Positions 46,547 through 59,719 are shown, counted from the first letter of the whole stretch. The stretch: DNA of 63,192 nucleotides, filler included, from Olpidium bornovanus S191 (GCA_017911155.1; 26 parts of 26 records of this genome joined end to end with filler, not necessarily neighbours in it); one strand, 5' to 3'. Notes: generated by a model from the letters alone, not told the origin. Numbers and translations: made by a program.

Positions 46547-47216
46547 CCCCCCCCCCCCGCCCCCCCCCCCCCGCCCCCCCCCCCCCCCCCCCCCCCCCCT
46601 ACACGCACACACACACTTCTCCCGCCCCCCCTCCCTGCGACAACGAAGGCCCCCGCGCCCGCCGGGGTCTATTTATGCGCATTGACCCGCGGTCTGAACG
46701 GTCGCAAATTCGCGGCGCCAAGAAGTACAAAAAAACAACTTCAGCGAAAACACGCCCCGGCCCCGGCGCGGCCTCTTTATGCGCATAAACTACGGCCGCT
46801 CTGTCTACCTGTCTATCATCCGTCTATCTGTCTGGCATTTTTCCTCTGCATTTACAGGGGCTCGGGACCCCTCCCGGCCGGAAAAAAAAAGCCCCGGCGC
46901 GGGAGCTGCATTAATAATGTAGCCCTGGGTTGCGCGCTTCATTAGTGCACCGTAAGGGACGGATCGAGTCGCCAACCCTCATTGTTTACTCCCCCACGGC
47001 ACTCGGCGCAAAAGTTTGAAGAAAATCAAACCCACCAGCATTTGCAGATCAAACTCGACCGGCGAGAACGGGTCTGCGCGGCCTTATGAGAAAGATCTAA
47101 AACGGCAACCCAGGTAAACATTCTGAGCAAAATTGCCGGCTTATATAATTCTGCACAATGCGCGTTTCCCCCTCCCCCCCCCAGCACTTACCTTAAACCA
47201 GACACCTCCCCGGCTT

Positions 47217-47889
47217 TTAACCGAAGAGGTTCTGGTAGATGTCCTCGAGGGGAAGGTCCGCCAGGAGGGCGTCCCGCTCGGGGTCCAGCGAAGCGAGCAC
47301 CCGGGACCGCTCGTCATCGGCGTGGGCCTCGATGCACGCGAGCTCCAGCGCGAGCTGAAGCTGGGCGTCATCGGCTTCGGAAGCCGGCAGAGGGCTCCGG
47401 AGGACGGGCTTCTCCGGAACGCGCTCTGCCGGACCCCCCTGGGCGGCTACAACGCGCGTCAGCTCCAGCGCGAGGTGGATCTGGTCCTCTTCACTGTCGG
47501 GAATCGACCGAGTGCTCCGGAGGATGGGGTACTCTGGAGCGCGCTCGGTCGGACCCTCTGGCGCGGCCTCGAGAACGGCTAGGCAACGCGCTCTCGCGGC
47601 CTCCGCCTGTTCGCGCTGCGCGGAAGCCTTTTCGGCCTCCTGGGCGGCACAGGGCGCGCACGGTACATCGTCTCTGTGCTTGCCCTTGCAGCGGAACACC
47701 GGGGGCGGGGTCAGCGGTCGGGCCCGAGAGAGAGACGATGTCCCCGCCGGGGCGCCGAGGAAAGGGAAAAAGGGGGAGAAGAAGGAAAGAGACGCGGGCC
47801 TTACCCTGGGTGGGCCTCGCCGGGTTGTCGCAGCGCGGCACTGGCCGCAGCCCGAGCTTGCGGTGGGCCGCCCTCGTGAGCACAACCAT
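47217..47889 (-). CDS. Hypothetical protein with a 40-aa tandem repeat carrying two UIM-like motifs
   Basis: 120-bp DNA period (47341 and 47461). EEDQIHLALELT and ADDAQLQLALELA fit the UIM pattern. Probable first exon MVVLTRAAHRKLG...|GTAAGG. Confidence 0.5.
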
Positions 47890-48139
47890 GTGCTCGTTGT
47901 ATGAGAGGGCGGCTTTCGGCTTGCAGGGGGTAGCGTTTCCTGTGCGGTGGGGCGCGCGTGCGTGAGTCCGCTCTTTTCGGTGCTTTTTTCACGTTTTTCA
48001 CGTTCACGTTTTTGTGTCTTTCAGTACGCGTTTTGGAGCCAAAGCGAGCGGGAGGGAGCAGGGCTCGGGGCGGGAGAGCGGCGCCTTTTATACCCTGGCG
48101 GGGGGCCCGCCCTGGGGCGGCGGTGGCCGGCGGCCGGGT

Positions 48140-48222
<83 letters not shown>

Positions 48223-49061
48223 CGGGGGGGGGCGGGGGGGCNNNNNNNNNNNNNNNNNNNNNNNNNNNNNNNNNNNNNNNNNNNNTTAATTAATTAANNN
48301 NNNNNNNNNNNNNNNNNNNNNNNNNNNNNNNNNNNNNNNNNACACTGTAATTTATAGCGAGCACGATATACCATTTCCGCCAAGGTGCGGCGTGATGATG
48401 ATACCCACTACAAACGAAAAAAAAAGCAAGCCTGTACCAGCGTCAGGGAAGCGGGACCATGCTGTCAACCACGGGCACCCCTTCAACCCTAACCCTCCCC
48501 TCCCCCCACCCCCCAATCCCGCGAACAATCCCGGAGAGCTACCGTCAGACTACAAAAAATTTCGCGTGCGGCGGGCGAAGAACGTCTTCTGACTGCGACA
48601 GAAACGGTTCGACGGCAGCGCCGGTAGCGCGCGCGCCGGAGCAAGGGAAAAATTGGTGCGGCTGTGTTCCAAGGGCGGGGTGGAAAGGGGGGAAAAGTCG
48701 GGGGAAGAGCAGCGGACGCCCCGAGCGATATCCCGCGTGGGGGCTCCCCCCCCCCCCCCCCCCCGGCGGCGGAAGTCGGCCCGGCCCCCCCCCCCCCCCC
48801 CCCGCCCCCCCCCCCTTCCCCGGCGGGACGAAAAACCGCCGGCTGCAGGTTTGATCTCTGTGGCCTCCCGCCCAGGCGGCGGAAAGAAATCCGAACCCGC
48901 AGGTATAGCTCACCGTGCGGCAGGCGTCGTCTCGTCGGCGGGGCGAGCACCCGGCCGAGGTTCCGCCCCGAGGGCCCGGGGGGACCCCCCGGCGCGACCG
49001 AGAAGGTAGTTGACCGCAAGGGCGGGGGAAAAAAAAAATGCGTTCCCGTTACGCGCCCCGT

Positions 49062-49927
49062 TTACACCCAGGCGGCCCATCCCTCGTACATGTAGGCGAG
49101 ATTTGTCAGGCTCGTGGCTTCGCGGATGGCGCCCTCGACCTTGTGAACCCGTCGGGGGGAGAGAGGGGGGGGGGAGACGTCAGGTCCCCGGCGCACACCG
49201 CGCGTAAAAAACGCACGCAGAGCAAAGAAAGAAAAAAAAAATAAAAAATAAAAAAAGGCCGGCCCAGCGCCGCTCACCTGCTGGCTGATCGACATCCTGC
49301 GTTGGGAATCCTCCGCTCGACCTTCCAGCGTCGCGTGCACGCGCCGCAGCACGGCCATCGCCTGCGCGTTTTTGCCCGGCGCTGGAAGGTAAAAATTGGG
49401 GGAGGGGGGGAGGGGGGGGGGAATGCAGGTCGGCAAGAGTTGCGCACGGGGAAGACAGCGTTTCGCACGGTCCCCGCCAACGCCGTATGAAAGCGCTCTT
49501 CCGGTCAGGTACCTTTAGCGAGCCTTTCCGGCCGCCCCGGGGCAACAGCCCCGGGCGCGTTTTGGGCGACCGCGTTTTCGTTTTCGCCCTCCGTCGGTTG
49601 CGACAGCATCGCGCTTTGCTCTCCGCCGTCCGCGTCTGCCGCCCCGCTTTCCGCACCTGCAGACGGGCCGACTGGGAAGCATTTTAACCGGTAAGCGACG
49701 CAACGGCCGGCCGCCAGGAAGCGGACACGCCGCCGGCCCCCCGCACGCCAAGAAAAAAAAAAAAAAAAAAAAAAAACTGACCTTCGTCCGCGGCGTTGTC
49801 GTCGTCGTCGTCCGCGTCCCCGACGGCTTCCGGATTCCGTCTGTCGGTCCAGTCGACCAGCGGGTCGTAGACGAAAGCCTCCAGCACCGCGCACAGGATC
49901 TCGCGGTTGTCGCGGAGCACGGCCATG
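49062..49927 (-). CDS. SMG1: PIKK kinase SMG1, C-terminal end (kinase tail + FATC)
   Basis: LEAFVYDPLVDWT, then NAQAMAVLRRVHATLEGR...RRMSISQQ|VEGAIREATSLTNLAYMYEGWAAWV*. The YEGW.AWV ending is the SMG1-type FATC. Exons 49927-49782, 49671-49513, 49381-49278 and 49139-49062. Confidence 0.9.
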
Positions 49928-50027
49928 NNNNNNNNNNNNNNNNNNNNNNNNNNNNNNNNNNNNNNNNNNNNTTAATTAATTAANNNNNNNNNNNNNNNNN
50001 NNNNNNNNNNNNNNNNNNNNNNNNNNN

Positions 50028-51444
50028 CATGAAGACAGTTGGACCATAAGCCGCAAAACGACCTGTTTCTCAAGTTACCAAAACCGCTCAACAGGAGCGC
50101 TAAACTGCAACGCATTGCGACTTTCGCCTTTCTACTCACGTCCACCGCCAATCTGGATGGAGCGGGTTACTGGAGCTGCGTGCTCCGAAACGTCGCACAA
50201 GGCAACTGAATATGCGGTCCCTCCGAAACTGTAAAAAAGATTCGTTCAGAACTTGGTATTTGTGAACGAGGGTCACCAACGAACGGCCAAATGTAAGAGT
50301 CCGCCACATACTCTGCTCGTAGGATCGCCAGGGTAATCCTACCTTCCTGCTCGGGAACAGGGTGAAGGAAAGCTGACGCCAGAACGGTACCGCAGTGCTC
50401 GATTTTCCTGCGCTGCACGCGCGGGTCAAATGTGGGACTACGTAAGCATCCTGCGGTGAATCCAACGAAAATCAAAGGAATCAAAACAATGCAGCTGCCT
50501 CGCGCGGCTGGACACAAACCTTTATGATCTTCACGCGATAACCATCGTGCCATTGAAGCAGAAGAACCTCTAGTTTGTCCTGTAGGGCGCTAACGCAGAT
50601 CGCCCGCGAGAGGGGATCAACCGCGATAGAGCTACCAATCTCACGAAATTGCAGGCCCGGTGGGGCTATACAGAGCTGAAATCAAAAGACGATGATTCGG
50701 ATGAACACACCAACGCCAGCCCCGCGGCACAGCGGCGGAGACAGCCAAATCTGAACATTACGGGAAAGCACAGGGGCAACCAGGTGATATGCGCGGAACT
50801 GCGCCTTCGCTGACCTCATGGAAAATGCGGAAACGGCCTGCAGAGTAAGACTGAAGGGCAACGGGTTTAGAGGCCGGAAGTTTATTACTTCGCTCGTTGA
50901 AAAAGCACTCGAATCCCAAGAAGGAAAGAACGCCCGAGTCCGAGGTGACGAGAATGAGATCTCTCGCGGTCTTGCGTTCGCGACCGGCGCCATCGCCGCT
51001 CCCCAAGAATGGCAAGCTTTGAGGGTCCCTGCGGGTAGCTATCTCAGCCACAGACAAACGAGTCTGATTCGCCAGCGGCGGAGGCCTCAAGATTGCCATA
51101 TCTCTGACGTGGCCGAAAACTGGCTGCTCGGTGACGGGACACAGTACACCAGCGCCGGTCAAAGCCCGGACCTCGAGCGAACACTCGCTGGCAAGGACAA
51201 CGAGCCAACAGCAGTGTAGGCACGAGTATATCGGATGTTGGTGTGCAGCGTCCGCGGGTGGCGGCGGTGGCGGCAGGAGGGTCCGCGAGGCGACCATCCT
51301 CCTGACGCATCTTGACCAGCGTTTCGTCCGCACGTAGGGACGCGGCGGCTTGCTGGCGGCATCTCCGTCGCCACGCATGTCGCGAACGTGATCCAAAAAA
51401 GGACCGTGGCGTTCTTGACTCGGCTCGCTTTGTGCCTCGTGCAT
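50028..51444 (-). CDS. Mms1-like RSE1/DDB1/CPSF1-family beta-propeller protein, 5' part; start codon uncertain
   Basis: LVVLASECSLEV..EQPVFGHVRDMAIL; DLILVTSDSGVLSFL; IGSSIAVDPLSRAICVSALQD; GTVLASAFLHP. Confidence 0.75.
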
Positions 51445-52136
51445 TTACGTTCCGCGTGCACTGGCTGCCGGCACAGCAGAGGTCTGCGACGGCTCCGAGC
51501 GCGAGCCGTCCTCGTCCGGAAAAGGAACGCGGCGGACTGCCGCGGATGCGACGCGCCCAGTTACCCCGCAGGCGACCAGTTGCCCCGCAGGCGCGCTGTA
51601 GGACGACGTGATGACAGGCAATTCCCGTTCCCTCGAACGGGGCTTGAGCGGAGGAGCGGACGTATCACAACCGGACAGCAGACTTTCCAGAAGCGTTGAT
51701 TCCTCCGCAGCCCCACAATGCGCAGCAGACGCCCGATCTTGAGAAAGAGCTCTGAAAGCCCGGCCGCTGTTACGACGAGGCGGGAGCGACCCGGTTTCTC
51801 ACGTGACCCGTTGGACTTCTGGTGCGAAAGAGAAAATGCCCGTATTTTCTTTACGGCGAAAGGTTTCCGGCTGGGCGGGGAGGGAGGAAGAAGAAGAGGG
51901 CCAAGGTAATTTATTGGCGGCGTTGGTCGCAACCAAAAATGTGGACCGCGTCACATTTTCCCCTTTGTTTCCGGATCACGTGACTCTTCCCGCCAAAACG
52001 TGTGAGTGACGTGTCTGCGCCAAGTTCCCCTCCTTTGGCCAAGACCTCCCCCGCCGACGCGCACGGCCAGGACACTCCCGCTCCCACGCCACACGGCAGC
52101 AGCCTCGAGATTCTGGTTGGGAGCACGGTGTAAAGC

Positions 52137-53549
52137 ATGGTGGGCCTTGGCCGGGTCACGTCCCGCACGCCTTGCTTTGTGGATCCCTTCCCCCACCCCC
52201 ACCCTCACCCCCCGGTTTTGGACTTGCAATCGCAAGGCAACCGTTTCTGCGCGACCCCGCAGACGCCAGTCCGCGTTTTCACTCGCGTCAGCTTTTCTCT
52301 GGCCTCGGTGCCGGCGTGGAAGCCCACGTGGGACCGTCTGAACGAGCGCCGAATGTGGCCGGCCGATAACCAAGGGCGTTGCCTGATCGACCTTGCGCGT
52401 CTGCCCTGGCGATCTGCAGTCCAAAAAGGGCCTCTCGCAAGCAGAGAAACGAAAGCGGCTATGCGACATCTTCTACGAGACGGTATGAGGAGAACGACAG
52501 GGCGTGCGGCTTGCGCTCGAACGTCCCTACTGAGTTATGCGGTGGTTGCCCGGTCGTGTCCTTACGTGGCCACCTTTCCGTCGCCGGACGACGATCTCGC
52601 AGCGCGACTTCTTCCAGCTCAAGGAGCTGGAAAAAATCGGTCCGAAGCAGAAGGGCATAGTCGCGCAGTCGGTGAAGGAGGCTCTGCAGTCGCTCGTCGA
52701 CGACAACTTGGTCACGATGGAGAAAATCGGAACGTCGAACTATTACTGGTCGTTTCCCTCAACGGCGCTCCAGCAGGTTCGCCTTCCTTCCCTCCAAACG
52801 CTGGGTAGCCCTCGATTCCGTGTCACGCGGCTAAGCGATGCGGACCGTGGGACCGCTCCCCTGTTTCTCGACCTTTTTGCCGCTCGCGGGAACCAGCGCA
52901 AACGGAAAATCGACGATTTGACGGCGGAGCGGAATCAGCTATGCAACAAGCGCGCTGAACTGGAGACTTCTCTGGCTAAGTCCACGGAAGGCCGGGAAGC
53001 CTGCGTAAGAGTACATCGATGTCTGGTCCGTTCAACCACAGCCATTTCCCCAATTTTGCTTAATTGGCGGCTCCAATCACGAATATCGAACAGGACGGCC
53101 GCGAAAGCCTCCTGGAAGAATTGTCAAAGGCGGAAGCCCTTCGCCAGAACCTGTTGGCGGAGCTGGACCAGTTCCGAGAGTGTGACCCAGAACTACTGGC
53201 GAAGAAAGGTGCGACAGGGGCAATAGGACCTTCTCTGCGTATGCGCGTTCTCCGCTGCGCCGAAAGCGCAGTTCAATTTAACGTTTTTACTTGTTATGCG
53301 CAATAATGATATCTCCCATTCCGATACCTAGAGAACGCAGCCCAAGTCGCCAAGGACGCCGCGAACCGGTGGACGGAAAACATCTTCGTTCTGCAGGACT
53401 ACTGTTACTCGAAGTTCAACATTGAGCGGTCCGCGTTCGCCGAGCAGTTCGGCCTGCCAAACGGTACGATCCCTCTGCCGGGTTTGCTGTTATGTTCGCT
53501 GCGGAAAATCTTACTTACTTCATTTATAGACTTCGACACCATATCCTGA
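52137..53549 (+). CDS. MND1: Meiotic nuclear division protein 1 (complete, 7 coding exons)
   Basis: ATG|SKKGLSQAEKRKRL..FYET|RDFFQLKELEKIGPKQKGIVAQSVKEALQSLVDDNLV..EKIGTSNYYWSFPS...AANRWTENIF...QFGLP|DFDTIS*. Confidence 0.97.
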
Positions 53550-54810
53550 GGTCAGTGGTGCCGCGTCGGTATTTTGTGAAACTGTTTCCGGCCGCGCTCC
53601 GACGCTGAAAGACCAGCGAGCCGCGCTCACCGATTGGCGGACTCAGCGCGCCCACCCAAATATATTTCTGCTCGTGATGACGTTTTTTTTTACGCATAAT
53701 TCCTACCGCGCCACATCCTCATCTCACGAATTTCCGCGTTTTACCGGGCCGTATTTACACCGATATTCCTCACGTCGAAGGAATTTGCTTTTTTTGATTC
53801 CTTCAAATGCGGCGACGCACACGCACGCCAATCGTGGAGTTCCGCTCAGATGGAGGCGCCGCGACAGTACGACAGGGGACCAGCTGCTCCCCGGATTTTG
53901 TGCAGTCTAGCATTTCACTCATTCTCAGGGAGGAGCGGCAGTTAGGGCCGCGGTCCGTCGGCTGCTCAGAAACTCGGTGACGTGCGAGCACAGATTCCAA
54001 CATGAAGCAGGTCGAGTTCCGTGCTCACGTCCAGGACAGTGCCCTTACGGTATATTCCTGCATTGCTGGGCGAAGCTCGCCGAGCACTTGCGTACGAGAT
54101 AGAGACCTGTACCAAATATTTGCTTTTTTCTGCCCATATATAACTTCCCAGAACTTCGAAGTTCTATCTCTTTTTCCTTCTCCCCTTTTCTCTCGCTCTT
54201 CGCCGGCCCTCCAGCTTTTCTGACCTTCTGGCTCCTTCCCCCACCTTCCAAAGTCTTCCCCCCTCTTTCCTATCCCTTCTGCCTTTCCCAACCTCGTGTA
54301 TCCGGCCTGGCCGGGCCGGATGCACTTGGCCCATGACCTGGTTCACATAACAAATAGGCCTCTTTCGGAGGCCGATGCCCCGGCCCATAGACCTAAAACT
54401 CCTCCCCGGACCCCGGCCCATCGACAGCCCGAGCTTGTGGAGGAGCGTCCCCNNNNNNNNNNNNNNNNNNNNNNNNNNNNNNNNNNNNNNNNNNNNTTAA
54501 TTAATTAANNNNNNNNNNNNNNNNNNNNNNNNNNNNNNNNNNNNNNNNNNNNCCAGAAAAAAAAAAAAAAAAAAGAGAAGTGCGAGAAAGACCCAAAAGC
54601 GAACTAGGATGTCGGAGTGGAGTACAGTCCGGACAGGTTGGAAATTGGCGTGATGGGCGAGGGAGGCTTTGCCGCGCAGTGCTGAATGAAAACGACGCAT
54701 AATTTTTTTCACCTCCGCCCCCGGACCGAAAACGCCCGCGAGTTCCCGAGGGGCCGGGTCTTGTGAGAGGGGATTGACGCCGGGCGTTTTCGCAAGCGGC
54801 GCAAAAAAAG

Positions 54811-54845
<35 letters not shown>

Positions 54846-54956
54846 GCGAACCGATTCGGGGGAATGAACGGTGGATCCGGGGTCGTTTCGACCGCCGCGG
54901 AAAGAAGAATGTTTCCGGCCGCTTGCTCGATCGTGGAAGTCGTCGCTAAACACACG

Positions 54957-54994
<38 letters not shown>

Positions 54995-55224
54995 CAGCTT
55001 TGTGACGGCCGCTTCGCGTTATAAAGATAAGGACCACGCGAGTTACCGGATGTTGGGGAAACGGTCCGGCGACACACACACATTCGAATGGAGGCCACGT
55101 TCCCGGTGGTCCGTGGCAAACCCCGATGCTGACGGGCGGCGCGGCGGGGGGCGGATTTCCAAAAAAAAAAGAAAAAAAAAATACAGGCGCCTCCGGACGA
55201 GCGTTCGCTCGCGGTTCGCACGTT

Positions 55225-56670
55225 TCACACGACGACGATCGGACGTTGTAGCCTCCGGACGTCGCCGCGCAGTTCGTCCAGCAGGGAATCGCTCGTCTCT
55301 CTCAGGCTGGCCAGCTCCGCGCGCATCTCGCCCTTGAGGGCCGACCGCTTGAGCGCGGCCTCGCTCCTCACGAGCTGCAGCGCCTCTTTCGTCGAACCGA
55401 TCGCCGCGAGGATGTCTTCGGCGGTCTTCTCGTTTTTCGCGCTGGTGATTTCCAGCCTCTCGGACAGGCCCGCCTGCGCCGAGGAGATCGCCGCGACCCG
55501 CGCCTCGAGGGTGCGGCAGGCCTCCGCGGCAGCGTCGCATCGGGCGTCGTTCGCTTTGACGGCGGCCGCGCACCTCTTCTCGAGGTCCGCGACGGCGCAC
55601 AGGTGCTCCGATCTGGCCTCGTCCAGAGCGCGCGTTATCAGCGGCCGGAGCGGCGCCTGGCCGTCTTCGCCCTCCTTGCGGGCCGCCGCGATCGCTTCGG
55701 CGAGAACGGCTTTGAGGGCGCCGGCGGCCTGCTCGGCCCCGGCGTTCTGGGCGGCCACAACCTGGCGCAGCTGCCGGTCGCCGCCGTCAATCCTGGCCGA
55801 GAGCGTCTGGATCCCGCGCCCGAGCTGGGCGCCCGCGTGGTCCACCTGCCCTTTGACAAGCGCGATCTGGGCCCGGGCCTGCTCGGCCTCCCGCGCCGCG
55901 GCCGCCGCGCTTTCCGCGTGGCGCGCGGCCAGCTCGCGGCGCAGTTCCGCCAGCTCCTCCCGAAGCCTGCCGACGGCCAGGCGGTCCTCTTCGGACTTCC
56001 GCCTCATCTCGTCCGCCTCCCGCCTCCGGTCGTCTTCGCGCTTCTGCGCCATGTCCGCCCGGTGCTGGGCGGCTTCCCGTTCCAGCAGCATCTGCTGGTG
56101 GACGGTTACCAGCTGGTCCAGGAGATATCGGACCAGCGACCGCGTGGTCCGGACGTGATCTTCGAGGATTCTTTGTGCGGCGGGCATCAGATCGTTGGGC
56201 AACCGCAGTCGAAGTTAAGTCCCTCCTTTGTTGTATGCTTCCCCTTTAACAGTTTTTTTTATTTTTTTTTTTTTTACCGTCTCATCTGTCTTTCGTCGCT
56301 CAGAACCCCATCTTGGAACCTAAAGTTGTTAATCGTTTCCGCGTGGAGACGCTGCGTCTCCTCCCTGAGGCGGGTTTGGAGCTTCTCGTTTTCCGCGATT
56401 CGTTCCTGCACTTGCAAGAGCAGCCGCTCCTGATCTGGGAAGCAGCCGGGCCGGGCCGGGCCGCCGCCGTCTGCGGCGTCGGCCTGCTGCGACTGGCAAA
56501 TAGGAGGTATTCGCGGCGGGGTGCCTGGAAACTGCACGGCCTGAGATGGGGGAGCCGGCGCGGGCGGAGGCTCCGCAACAGCGCGGCTCTCCGGCGCGGC
56601 AGCCTGTTCCGCGTCTACTGCCCACGGCGACGACAGGCTCGGCTGGCGACGGGAGCGCAGGTGGCCCATG
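55225..56670 (-). CDS. Uncharacterised coiled-coil protein (2 exons; start uncertain)
   Basis: Heptad-rich exons (QERLLLQVQERIAENEKLQ...; ILEDHVRTTRSLV...) joined by a phase-2 GT-AG intron containing T tracts. Confidence 0.65.
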
Positions 56671-57468
56671 TCCGAGACAGCGTTCGCCGGGAGCGGCGGA
56701 AGGTGAGTGGGGGGGGGGGGGGGAAGGGGGGGGGGGGGGGGGGTGGAAGGGGAGTGGAGCGCCGGGAGGAGGGGCGGGCGGGCGGCGGCGGCGGGGGAAA
56801 AGGGCCGCCGGCGGGATTGTGATTTTCCCCGAACCCTTTTCGCCCGCCCCACTGGGAGGAGGGCCGAAGGGGAGAGGACGGATATTCCGCTGCGCTCGGC
56901 ATGCTCTCAGCGCGCTTGTGCGCTAAGTCAACGGCCCCTCGCGTGACCCCCTCCCACCCCCCACGCCTCAACCCCGCCGACCGCCGTCGCATGGCATTCG
57001 GAGTTGCGGCGCTGCTGCCTTACGGTGAGGGGCCGGTGCAAAGATGCCTTCGATTTTGCCTGGATTTTTTCTTTTTCTTTTTTGCTACGGAGCCGTGCCC
57101 GCGTGTGCTCTACAAGCTATTTCAAGCATCCTGCGCTGCACCGCGAACGTCGGATCCCCTCTCGGCGGCTCGTGGGTCCTGCACTGTCTCCCCCTTCCCC
57201 TAAAAGGAAGCGTCTGATGGCGAGCCGACGGAAGCAGACAGAAAATTATTCGCAGTGTGGAGAAAAAGCCAGTGTGCAAAACTCGTCCACCCGGGGTCGT
57301 GGGGGCGCGGAACGCCGTGCTTTGTACAGAAAACCTTCCGGCGTCTCGCCTTACGTAATCTCGGAGCACGTCAAAACCTGGTAACCAAAACATTCGATGA
57401 CGGCCCCGGGCGTTTTCGTGTGCCGCCAAATTAAGAGATATCAACAGCCGAAACCCGTGTGTAAAGAA

Positions 57469-57503
<35 letters not shown>

Positions 57504-57654
57504 AAAACCGAAGGACAAGAAAACACGGGAAGGAAAAAAAACCCCCCCAACAACAACATCGAGCAGTGTAGTGTGCCAGCCACATTTCTCGGGGGTGTTT
57601 TTTTTTTCCCTGCGCCCTCTCTCTCTCTCTCTTTCTCATTTCCGCATCATTTTT

Positions 57655-58726
57655 TCAATTCGGTTTGTCCGATTTCTTTCCGGCGTCGGCGTTCCTCCCC
57701 TTCGCGTTCTCGGGATCGGCGGTGGACGGCGCGCTCGCGTCACCGCTCGCTTTCTTCTTGTCCTTGTCCTCCTCCTTGTCTTCCTTGTCGGCGAGCCCGA
57801 GCTCGAGGCGCCGCTCGGACTCGAGGTTTTCCTCCTTGTTGTTGATGAGGTTGTGGAGCGCGATGACGGCGCGGATGAGCGAGCAGAGGTAGACGACGAG
57901 CAGCTGGTCGTTGGTCTTGACGGAGAAGGCCCGAGAAGAGGTCGCCCCCGTGAGGTTGGGCAGGAGGTTGAAGATGTCCTGCAGGTGGTACAGGATCTGG
58001 TGGTTCACGGGCAGCGCCTCCGAGGTCACCTTCTCGAGGTACCGCCGGATCTCGTCAAGATGCTGCTTCAGGCCTTTGAGCGACGTCAGCTGCTCCGCCA
58101 CCCGCGTGCTCAGCGTCCCAACCGCCTTGTCCTTCACGTCCCGGAGGAGGTGCTCGACGCCGATCTCCTCCGCCTCCTCTGCCTCGATCACCGACGGGAC
58201 GTGCACGAACGTCTTCGCCGAGGCCGTCCCGTCCTGTTCGTGCGCGAAGAAGCGTCATCATTGCCGTCGTCGGGCGGGGCGAACGGCGAATGGCTTCGGA
58301 GCCGACCGCGAGCTGGCGCCACGGACTTTTTTTTTTTTTTTGGAACGTACGTCGTGGATCTCCTCCACAGCCATGTACGCATCCGTCGGGATGCCGATAT
58401 CCTTGATCTTCACGTCGATGACCACGAGAACGGGGTTCGCACAGTAGCGGCGGAAAAGCTCGTTGATTTTCAGGTCCGACTTCCGGAGCTTCGGCCCGCT
58501 GTGATACCATCCAATCACCTTTTCCCGCGCTGGCGATCACCCGAACAGGGGCCAGTTTTGTCAGCTTCAACCTCCCACCCGGCGCGAGAGGTACGCTCTG
58601 AGAGACGTGTCTGGGCTGTGCTTACAAACGCACCGTTGACCTTAAAGAACATGTCGCTCATGCCCTCCACGAAGTTGTGATCGAGGAACCATACGCTGGG
58701 GTTCTTCTCCGCTTCTTCGAACGGTA
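57655..58726 (-). CDS. RPN8: 26S proteasome lid subunit Rpn8/PSMD7 (MPN domain), 5'-truncated
   Basis: VPFEE..WFLDHNF|[14 protein letters not shown]..|[41 protein letters not shown]. Exons 58726-58634, 58529-58351 and 58233-57655. Confidence 0.97.
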
Positions 58727-59719
58727 CTGTCGGAGTGGGGGGGGGGGGGGGGGGGGGGGGGGAAGCGGGGGGGGGGGTAGGCAAAAAAGAAGAAAACACG
58801 CGACGTCCGAGGGAGGGGCCCGCCCCCCCCCCCCCCCCCANNNNNNNNNNNNNNNNNNNNNNNNNNNNNNNNNNNNNNNNNNNNTTAATTAATTAANNNN
58901 NNNNNNNNNNNNNNNNNNNNNNNNNNNNNNNNNNNNNNNNCATGACGCCAGGCTTCCCGCGTTCGCGAGAGAGAAACAAGAGACGTGTTTTTCCAGCCGC
59001 GAAGCTGACGCCCCGCGCGCGACGCGAATTTTGCCGCTCGTAAAATTTCCCAAAGGCACTCTCGCGCAGCGCGCCGGGCGCAGGTGATTTCGAATTCACG
59101 GTCTGCGTGCGTGCGCGAGGCGCAGAAAAAATGACGTTGAGCACGCGCAGGAACAACGGGAGGCTCTGACGCCGAGTCGGGCTGCGTCTGCGTCCGGTGT
59201 CCGCTTACGTGGACTCGAGCCGGTACAAAATCAAAAAAAAAAAAAAAAACCGGACCGCGGTCCGCGCAACCGAGACGCATCTCACCTGGTAATCGTGCGC
59301 CAGTCCGCATCGGGCGGCGGAACGTTCGAGAAAGCTTCGTGTAAGGCGGCGAGCTCGTCGCTCGGGCGCGTGTAGTGCGCCTCGACGTGTGGCAAAAACG
59401 ACAAGTCCGCGTTACGCCGTGCAATTAGAGTGCATTACTATCCTTGCGGCTCGGGTCCGCAAATGGCCTGCTTCACGCGACACTTGTGAAGCTGCCTCAC
59501 ACCCTGCGGATTCGCGAGCCCAAATCCCGCCATCTTCCCACCGGCAAGAAATTAACGACATGAGAAACCAGCAGTTAACAGGGCCTGAGACTTCTGTAGC
59601 GAACGGATGGCTGTTGTTGCTGTTGTGAGGCGGGTTGGGTCCCTGCCCGGTGAATGCCTTGCCCAGCCCGTCTTTTCCGTTCTCCTCCCCCCCCCCCAAC
59701 GTAACACCACACGGCAAAT

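Noticed and set aside
53990-54452. Possible spliced minus-strand gene
   Set aside because: Splice-like sites exist, but no frame gives a recognisable protein.
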